This document shows, piece by piece, positions 51,690-61,917 of a stretch of DNA of 64,000 nt. Position numbers and translations under genes: made by a program. The notes below the pieces were generated by a model. It was not told the origin of the DNA and ran no database searches. It saw nothing but the letters and a program-made list of their open reading frames with translations. The stretch is from an uncultured Verrucomicrobiota bacterium (GTDB lineage: Bacteria > Verrucomicrobiota > Verrucomicrobiia > Limisphaerales > UBA1319): the NCBI GenBank assembly GCA_964409245.1, contig CAYPCQ010000025.1, positions 8,429-72,428 of the forward strand. Direction: 5' to 3'. How positions within the stretch are numbered: position 1 is the stretch's first letter; each line of letters begins with the position of its first letter.

Positions 51690-52268
51690 CAAAGTGTTTA
51701 TAATAAAATATACCCTCCATGTCCGGTTTTGATCCGGGCGGGAACTCCTCCTGGACGGTAAATTTTACAGCACCCCACACCCTGCCCCTGAAAAAATTAC
51801 AGGCCTTTAACCAAGTCTGTGGAATCCAGAAATTTCAGGTTTCTGGAGTGGAATCGGAAAGGGCCGGTTTGGAGATGGAATCCGATCCGCAAATAACTCT
51901 GGGTAAGTTCTTTACGAAAAAAAACATGCCCCCCAAACAAAGGGGCTCTCGATTCCTTATGGCAGAAGGCCAGTAAGTTTTACAGTAAACGAGCCAACCT
52001 AATTCCACGGAGCAGTTCACGCCCTTCCTCGGCTGGATTTTCCCGCTTGATACTGAGCGCCAACCAATCCCGAGGCAATCTTGCGCCCGGCAGGGTCCGA
52101 AGTCTGGTTCGCACGGGCCGGTTCGGCCAAAACCGTGGCGGTGCCTTGAGCCGTCATTGGGCAGGCGAAATCATTTTGGCAAACCTTTGAAAAAGGCCAG
52201 TTCCACAAAAACGCCGATGGCCTGGCAATGCCCCACCGGGTTGCCACGATTGCTTCAACCGGCCAGGC

Positions 52269-55592
<3,324 letters not shown>

Positions 55593-55630
55593 GGGATAAG
55601 GGGGGGGAAATGATTAACGGGCACCCGGCT

Positions 55631-56473
55631 TTATTCGCCGCGCAAAGCCAGCAATTCAACCAGGTTGGACAGGATTTCCTGGCGGTCCTTGCCGTCCAGG
55701 GCCAGCGCCAGCTGGGCGGACAACAAACCGTAGCGCAGCCCGATATCATACCGGCGCCCCTGCACTTCCAAAGCCAGGTATTTCTCATGGGCCGAAAGCC
55801 TGGCCAGCACGCTGGAAAGGTCGGGCAGGCGCCCCGGCGCCCCAGCCAGCTCGTGGCCCAATAAATCCATGAAAGCAGGCGTCAGCACATGCATCCCGAA
55901 AAAGCACAAATAATAACCGGCGCGCAAACCCGGGACGATCAGCTGCTGCTCCGCCTGGGTGGGGGTCGGTTTTTCCAGCACATTTTCCACCTGGTATAAC
56001 CGCTGCCGCCCCGCCGCCAGCCGCCCGCCCACCGCCCCGTAAAAGGGCAATTTGCTCTCGTGAGTGGCCTGGACGGCGGAAACCGGGCAATGCTCCGCCT
56101 GCGCCATTTCAATCAATTGCTGGGCGCAATTCTTCGGGCTCCGGCTGACGTATAAATGATCCCCCACCAGCAGCAGGAATGGCTCCCGGCCGGTAAAACC
56201 GCTGGCGCAATGCACCGCGTGGGCAAAGCCTTTCGGCTCGCTTTGCTCGATGAAATGCAAGCGGCTGGCATGCTCCCCCGCCGCCGCTTTGTAAGCCGCC
56301 TGGTCGCCCGGCCCCACCACCAGGCCCATCGTCTCCACTCCCGCCTTCAGGATTTCCTCCAAAATGATCCGCAAGGCCGTTTTCTGAACGCCGTCCCGGT
56401 CCACCAAGGTTTGCAGAGGCAAAGTGCGCTGATTTCCACCCGCCGCCGTTATGATCGCCTTTTTTATTTCCAC
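55631..56473 (-). CDS. sugar-1-phosphate nucleotidyltransferase (GalU-type UTP--glucose-1-phosphate uridylyltransferase-like)
   Basis: N-terminal [38 protein letters not shown] motif VLEKPTP. Confidence 0.85.
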   Translation of the reverse strand: MEIKKAIITAAGGNQRTLPLQTLVDRDGVQKTALRIILEEILKAGVETMGLVVGPGDQAAYKAAAGEHASRLHFIEQSEPKGFAHAVHCASGFTGREPFLLLVGDHLYVSRSPKNCAQQLIEMAQAEHCPVSAVQATHESKLPFYGAVGGRLAAGRQRLYQVENVLEKPTPTQAEQQLIVPGLRAGYYLCFFGMHVLTPAFMDLLGHELAGAPGRLPDLSSVLARLSAHEKYLALEVQGRRYDIGLRYGLLSAQLALALDGKDRQEILSNLVELLALRGE

Positions 56474-56597
56474 AGCCTTTACTTTCGTTGAATAGGTTCA
56501 AGCCACGATGGCAGACCCCGCAGGCCAAGTCAACGCAGGGCTTGCGGAGATCCATACCAATAAAAGAATTTAATCGTGAAAATTAGGCGGAGGTTGT

Positions 56598-56626
56598 TTG
56601 ACACTGGCCCCGAAAGTTTTTAATTT
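56598..56626 (+). promoter_or_regulatory. sigma70-like promoter candidate for the fumarase operon
   Basis: TTGACA (56598..56603), 17-nt spacer, TAATTT (56621..56626). The -10 element ends only 11 nt before ATG 56638. Confidence 0.3.
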
Positions 56627-56637
56627 GACGGCCAGAT

Positions 56638-57516
56638 ATGAACGAGCTGCAAAACTCGCTGGTGGAATTGATACGCCGGACCTCGGCGGAAATTCCTGAC
56701 GACGTTCAGAAAGTCCTGCTCTCGGCCCTGGAGCGGGAGCAACAAGGAACCATCGCCCAGTCCGCCCTCCAGATTATCCAGGAAAACATCAAGATGGCCC
56801 GGGCCAAGTCCCAGCCCATCTGCCAGGATACCGGCAGCGTGCTGTTTTACGTGGACGCCCCCAAGGGCTTTGATGCGCTCGAATTTGAGGAAACCGCCCG
56901 GGAAGCTGTGCGCCTGGCCACCAAAAAAGGTTACCTGCGCCAGAATTCCGTGGATTCGCTGACCGGATTCAACGACGGCACGAATGTCGGCCCCGGCGCC
57001 CCAACGGTGCACATCCATCAGCACCGTTCGCCGGCGACCGAAGTCCGCCTGGTGCTGAAGGGGGGCGGTTGCGAAAATGTCGGCGCGCAGTATTCCCTGC
57101 CCATTGAAAAAATGAAAGCCAACCGGGATTTGGACGGCTGCCGCAAGGTCATCCTGGATGCCGTCTGGCAAGCCCAGGGCAAAGGCTGCGGCCCGGGCAT
57201 CATCGGCGTTTGCATCGGCGGTGACCGCGCCACCGGTTATGAGTTTTCAAAACGTCAGCTATTGCGCCTGATCGATGATTCCAATCCAGCGCCCGAATTG
57301 GACAAGCTGGAAAAGGATATCCTCGAAAACGCCAATGCCTTGGGGATTGGCCCCATGGGCTTTGGCGGCAAAACCACCCTCTTGGGCGCCAAGATTTGCG
57401 CCGCCAACCGGGTTCCTGCTTCCTTCTTTGTGAGCGTATCCTATATGTGCTGGGCCTTCCGCCGCCAAGGGATGGCCTTGGATGCACTTGGAAAAATCAA
57501 CCGCTGGCTGTATTAA
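56638..57516 (+). CDS. class I Fe-S hydro-lyase alpha subunit (fumarate hydratase / L-tartrate dehydratase alpha type)
   Basis: ICQDTGSVLFYVD; Cys ligand contexts; 292 aa. Followed by the beta-subunit gene. Confidence 0.9.
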   Translation: MNELQNSLVELIRRTSAEIPDDVQKVLLSALEREQQGTIAQSALQIIQENIKMARAKSQPICQDTGSVLFYVDAPKGFDALEFEETAREAVRLATKKGYLRQNSVDSLTGFNDGTNVGPGAPTVHIHQHRSPATEVRLVLKGGGCENVGAQYSLPIEKMKANRDLDGCRKVILDAVWQAQGKGCGPGIIGVCIGGDRATGYEFSKRQLLRLIDDSNPAPELDKLEKDILENANALGIGPMGFGGKTTLLGAKICAANRVPASFFVSVSYMCWAFRRQGMALDALGKINRWLY

Positions 57517-57528
57517 CCCCTCTAGCTT

Positions 57529-58104
57529 ATGATTTCCATTTCCTGCCCCTTCACCGAGGATAAGATCCGCGCCCTCAAAGTGGGCGACGAAGTCGAATTG
57601 ACCGGCATCGTTTTTACCGGGCGCGATGCTGCCCACAAGTATCTCCATGAAGGCGGCGCACTGCCGCCCGGGGTAAATTTCCGCGACGGCATAATCTATC
57701 ATTGCGGCCCGGTCGTTCTCACCTTGGAGAATGGCGAACGCAAAGTGGTGGCCGCCGGCCCCACCACCTCCATCCGCGAGGAACCCTACCAAGCCCATCT
57801 CATCAAAGAGTTCGGTTTGCGGGGGATTATCGGTAAAGGCGGCATGGGGGAGCGCACCCTGGCCGCTTGCAAGCAATTTGGCTGCGTCTATTTCCATGCC
57901 ATCGGCGGAGCCGCCCAAGTCCTCGCTGAGCGCATCATCAAAGTGCGCAACGCCTTTTTTGAAAAAGAGTTCGGTTCGCCCGAAGCCATCTGGGAACTGC
58001 AGGTTGAACGCTTCCCGGTGGTGGTCACCATGGATTCCCACGGCAACTCCCTGCATCAGCAGGTTTTGGCGGCCAGCCTGGCGGAATTGCAAAAAAGAAT
58101 TTAG
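57529..58104 (+). CDS. class I Fe-S hydro-lyase beta subunit (fumarate hydratase / tartrate dehydratase beta type)
   Basis: LTGIVFTGRDAAHKYL, IIYHCGPV, IIGKGGMG, 191 aa. Confidence 0.9.
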   Translation: MISISCPFTEDKIRALKVGDEVELTGIVFTGRDAAHKYLHEGGALPPGVNFRDGIIYHCGPVVLTLENGERKVVAAGPTTSIREEPYQAHLIKEFGLRGIIGKGGMGERTLAACKQFGCVYFHAIGGAAQVLAERIIKVRNAFFEKEFGSPEAIWELQVERFPVVVTMDSHGNSLHQQVLAASLAELQKRI

Positions 58105-58457
58105 GGATAGGGGCTGGTTCTCTTTCGTTGAGCCGCCTGTCGAATCCGGCCTTTTTCCCGCTAAACAGGCTCCGTCCGGCTCTGCTTAGCTGGCTGGCTG
58201 TCGGCTTTCACCAGTTCGCCGCCTGCGCTGACCGTGCCTATTTCCTATTATCCGATGTCCATGCTTGAGACATTCGTGAAAATGATTGACGCTATTATGG
58301 CACCATCCGGATCGCGTCCCCGAACCTGATCCAGCCTGGATCACGAATCCCAAACCTCTGGCTCTCAATCATTTGCCAATGAGAACCCGCCTTTTCCCCG
58401 CCTTCGTTTCGTTGCCTGCTGGTCAATAAATTCTCTCCCCATAGACCCATTAAGGCT

Positions 58458-58473
58458 TGGCAAACTAAATGCT
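58458..58473 (+). promoter_or_regulatory. sigma54 (-24/-12) promoter candidate for the pseudopilin operon
   Basis: TGGCAAACTAAATGCT against TGGCACG-N4-TTGCW. GG and GC have the canonical spacing. The -12 GC lies about 72 nt upstream of ATG 58544. Confidence 0.5.
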
Positions 58474-58543
58474 TTAAGCTCTAATGATAGAGCCGTAAGG
58501 ATCTGTTTATCAATTTTGACGATTCTCCTCTGAAACCAGCATT

Positions 58544-58990
58544 ATGAAAGTGCCGATTAATTTGCATAACCAACCTCCGGGATTCACGCTGGCTGAAGTG
58601 GTCATGTCCATTGCCATCGCCGCTCTCCTTTTTGCAGGGATCATCAATGGTTACGTCATGTCCGCCAAAAGAGCCGAACTCTCCGCCTACTCGCTGGCGG
58701 CGCATTCCCTGGCGATGCAAAAAATCGAGCAGGCCCGGGCCTGCAAATGGGATCCCGGTGCTTATCCTTCGGTGGACGAACTGGTATCGTCCAACTTTCC
58801 CATTACGATAGATGAGTTGGACATCCCGGTGAGCGGCACCAACAAGGTTTACGCCACCAACTTTACCGTTATCTCCAACCTGCCCACCACCGCTCCCTTG
58901 AAAGTGGTTTCCGTTACCTGGACCTGGCCGTTTTTGTCGCGGGGAGTTTACACCAACACCATGATTACCTATCGCGCTCCTGACCAATGA
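58544..58990 (+). CDS. prepilin-type N-terminal cleavage/methylation domain protein (pseudopilin)
   Basis: GFTLAEVVMSIAIAALLFAGIINGY class III signal. Confidence 0.85.
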   Translation: MKVPINLHNQPPGFTLAEVVMSIAIAALLFAGIINGYVMSAKRAELSAYSLAAHSLAMQKIEQARACKWDPGAYPSVDELVSSNFPITIDELDIPVSGTNKVYATNFTVISNLPTTAPLKVVSVTWTWPFLSRGVYTNTMITYRAPDQ

Positions 58991-59604
58991 AAATCCATCC
59001 CGTCCTTAAAACCGCCACCGCGCCGCATAATTGCCTCGGCATGACGCTGCCCGAGATCATGATTTCCATGACCCTTATGGTCCTGGTCATGGGAACCGTG
59101 ATCGCCGCCAATATAATGGGCATGCGAATCTTCCAGTTGAGCAAAGCCAAGTTGGGCGCCAGCGATGAAGCGCGAACCAGCATCAGCCACCTGCTGGATG
59201 AAATCCGCTCCTGCAAAACCGTCGATGTAGGCAGCGGCGGCCCCGCCAGCTTCGTCGAAATTGGCAATGGCAATGCCATGCGCGGTGGCGCCATCCGCCT
59301 GTTCCCCACTACCAACAGTTCACCTTTTATCATTTACCACCGCGATGATGCTCTGAATACGATCTCCCGGTATGACAGCGCCACAGGCTTGGACCAGGTG
59401 GTGTTGCATGCGGTCACCAACTCGCTGGTGTTCACTTCGGAAACCTATTCGGGGACGGTTTTGACCAACAGCCAGAATAATCGCGTGATCGGCATTCAAT
59501 TCCAATTCAATCAATTGCTTTCCCCCTCCGTGGCCATCGGCAATGGGGGTCTGTTCGATTATTATAATATCCGCAGCAAAATCACCCGGCGTGTATTAGA
59601 GTAG
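58987..59604 (+). CDS. prepilin-type N-terminal domain protein (pseudopilin)
   Basis: GMTLPEIMISMTLMVLVMGTVIAA. ATGA overlap with the upstream gene. Confidence 0.8.
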   Translation: MKIHPVLKTATAPHNCLGMTLPEIMISMTLMVLVMGTVIAANIMGMRIFQLSKAKLGASDEARTSISHLLDEIRSCKTVDVGSGGPASFVEIGNGNAMRGGAIRLFPTTNSSPFIIYHRDDALNTISRYDSATGLDQVVLHAVTNSLVFTSETYSGTVLTNSQNNRVIGIQFQFNQLLSPSVAIGNGGLFDYYNIRSKITRRVLE

Positions 59605-59607
59605 CTT

Positions 59608-61338
59608 ATGAATACCCACCCCACCCAATCCCGAAGCGCAGGATATGCGCTGGTGATGGTCATCATGTTCTCCGGCCTGGCGATGCTGCTGATGGCCGGC
59701 GTTCTGAGCTGGAGCTCGTCCAATGCCATCCAAACCGAACGGCACAACCAGTATTACTCCAGCCTCGCGGCGGCTGAGGCCGCCACGGAGAAAGTGCTCG
59801 CCCACATCGCCTATGATTTCCAGCAAAGCGGCGAATCCCGGGTCGCCGCCAATCTGGAAAGTTACCGGAACATGGTTCCCCTGGTTTCCGAACATCCTTT
59901 GTGGCAATACTTCACCTTCGAGGATGGCCAGGGGAATCCCGGCCACACCTATGTGAATGGCAGCACCAGCTGGAGCTACCAGGCTCTGAATTCCCAGTTT
60001 GAAGGCCTTTACGGTTTCGCTTCCATTTTCCGCATCATTTCCAACGCCACCCAGAACAATACCGCTTATTCCAACATCACCGCCGCGGTCCGCCAGGAAA
60101 TCCAGGTGGCCACCATCCCCCTCTTCCAATTCGCCATCTTTTACAACCTCGACATGGAGATCGAACCGGGCGCAGCGATGGTGGTCCGCGGCCGCGTCCA
60201 CGGCAATGCCGACCTTTACACCATGCCGGAATCCAGCACCCTTTTAACCTTCAGCAAGGACGTCACCTCGGTCGGGAATATCATTAATAGCTCACACCCC
60301 AACGATCCGCGCAGCCGATCCTCCACCTTCAACATCGCTTACCAATCTTTGAAGCAATCCAAAGTCAGTTCCATGTCCATGCCCATCGGCACCAACAACA
60401 CGCCCGAAGCGGTCTATGAAATCATGGGCGTTCCGGCGGCCGGGGAAGACGCCAATTCACCCATGGGCAAACAGCGCTATTACAACCGGTCCGACCTGGT
60501 CATTCTGGTGTCCAATAACGTGGTGACCGCCAAAAGCGGGCCGGCTTTCTCAGCGGTCACCGTCCCCAACAACCAAGTGACCAACTTCGTAAGGACCAAT
60601 GTCACCTTTTGGAATTCCCGCGAAGGCAAAAACATCCAAACCACCGAAATCGACGTGAGCAAATTGCGCAGCTGGAGCTCGACCAACAGCAATTTGCGGT
60701 CAGTCCTGGGCAACCGCGATGTGCAGGTGGTCTATGTGGGCGACTTCCGGACCCAAACCTCCACCACTGAATCCGGAGTGCGGTTGGTCAACGGCCAGAC
60801 GCTGCCGAATACCGGCCTGTCGGTCGCCACCCCCAATCCCCTTTATATCAAGGGCAATTATAATGCCGACGCCGCTTACCTGGGGACCACCAACACGACC
60901 ACCACCAAGCCCGCTTCGGTCATCTCGGATGCCATCACCATCCTCTCCGGAAGCTGGGACGACACCAAAAGCAGCCAGGCCTTGGCCAACCGGGTGGCGG
61001 CCAACACCACCGTCAACGCGGCCATCATTTCCGGCATCGTCCCCACCACCAGTTCCTCCTACAGCGGCGGGGTGGAGAATTTCCTCCGTTTCCTGGAAAC
61101 CTGGAGCGGCAAATCCAGCACGTACAACGGATCCATGGTGGTCATGTTCCCCAGCAAAAAAGCCACCGGCCTTTGGCGGGGCACCGGCGGCACCATCGGC
61201 ATTTATGATCCGCCCACGCGCAATTGGAACTTTGACCTCAATTTCCTGAACGCTGCCAAACTGCCGCCGGGCACGCCCGGGGTGCGGGCGGTCATCCGCG
61301 GCTCCTGGCAAAATGTCGCCAAAAACACCATCAACTGA
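59608..61338 (+). CDS. large PilX/GspK-like pseudopilin-associated protein (576 aa)
   Basis: N-terminus GYALVMVIMFSGLAMLLMAGVLSW..NQYYSSLAAAEAATEKVLAHI, resembling the PilX N-terminal domain. The remainder is Ser/Thr/Asn-rich. Confidence 0.7.
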   Translation: MNTHPTQSRSAGYALVMVIMFSGLAMLLMAGVLSWSSSNAIQTERHNQYYSSLAAAEAATEKVLAHIAYDFQQSGESRVAANLESYRNMVPLVSEHPLWQYFTFEDGQGNPGHTYVNGSTSWSYQALNSQFEGLYGFASIFRIISNATQNNTAYSNITAAVRQEIQVATIPLFQFAIFYNLDMEIEPGAAMVVRGRVHGNADLYTMPESSTLLTFSKDVTSVGNIINSSHPNDPRSRSSTFNIAYQSLKQSKVSSMSMPIGTNNTPEAVYEIMGVPAAGEDANSPMGKQRYYNRSDLVILVSNNVVTAKSGPAFSAVTVPNNQVTNFVRTNVTFWNSREGKNIQTTEIDVSKLRSWSSTNSNLRSVLGNRDVQVVYVGDFRTQTSTTESGVRLVNGQTLPNTGLSVATPNPLYIKGNYNADAAYLGTTNTTTTKPASVISDAITILSGSWDDTKSSQALANRVAANTTVNAAIISGIVPTTSSSYSGGVENFLRFLETWSGKSSTYNGSMVVMFPSKKATGLWRGTGGTIGIYDPPTRNWNFDLNFLNAAKLPPGTPGVRAVIRGSWQNVAKNTIN

Positions 61339-61340
61339 TT

Positions 61341-61916
61341 ATGTGCCATTCCTGGATCGCCTCGCTTGCCCTTTTTGGCATGGTTTGCCCATGGCTTGCC
61401 TTGGCCGGGGATTTCGCCTTGCTGGAACGGACCGAATTTCCTCCGGAAACCGGCAGGATCACCTATTACGAGCTGAAGTTTGCCACCAATGCAGCCGTTT
61501 TCCTTCCGCCGCGCAACTGGCGGGTAAGGCCCATGCCCGCTGAAAGGGCTGTTTCTTTGGAACATCCCTCCGACGGGATTCGCCTGATCTGCCATTTTTC
61601 GCCTCAATCCAGGCTGCCACCCGCCCGCGCCAACTGGGACAAACACCGGCAAAGCTTGACCAATCGCTTTAAACGCACTATTATCCGCGAAGAGTTTGAG
61701 GACCATGCAGGCAATTTTTCAGGTCACGGTTATTGGGTGGAATACCGCGTGGCGAACGATTATGCCATGGGGCTTGATTTGGCCGTTCTCTCGATCCCTG
61801 GATATCTGCTCGAAATTCAACTTTATGCCCCACTGGATCAAATCCCCAGGTTCCAACGCGATTTCACCTCCTTTTTAACGAGTTTCCGCCTGCTGCCAGC
61901 CGTCAAACCTCCATGA
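61341..61916 (+). CDS. secreted hypothetical protein, last gene of the pseudopilin cassette
   Basis: Signal peptide IASLALFGMVCPWLALAG. Starts 2 nt after the upstream stop. No family recognised. Confidence 0.6.
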   Translation: MCHSWIASLALFGMVCPWLALAGDFALLERTEFPPETGRITYYELKFATNAAVFLPPRNWRVRPMPAERAVSLEHPSDGIRLICHFSPQSRLPPARANWDKHRQSLTNRFKRTIIREEFEDHAGNFSGHGYWVEYRVANDYAMGLDLAVLSIPGYLLEIQLYAPLDQIPRFQRDFTSFLTSFRLLPAVKPP

Positions 61917-61917
61917 A

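Larger units (their letters stand above)
51576..51882. repeat. five copies of the heptamer TGGAATC in the low-GC intergenic region
   Basis: Plus-strand TGGAATC at 51657, 51820, 51849 and 51876. One inverted copy (GATTCCA) at 51576..51582. The three distal copies are spaced 29 and 27 bp apart. Confidence 0.7.

Noticed and set aside
51719-51976. 85-aa plus-strand ORF, and a 76-aa minus-strand ORF (52017..52247), in the low-GC spacer.
   Set aside because: Atypical composition for this genome, no signal or motif, no SD. The region is better explained as a regulatory spacer (sigma54 promoter, repeats) and a 3' UTR.
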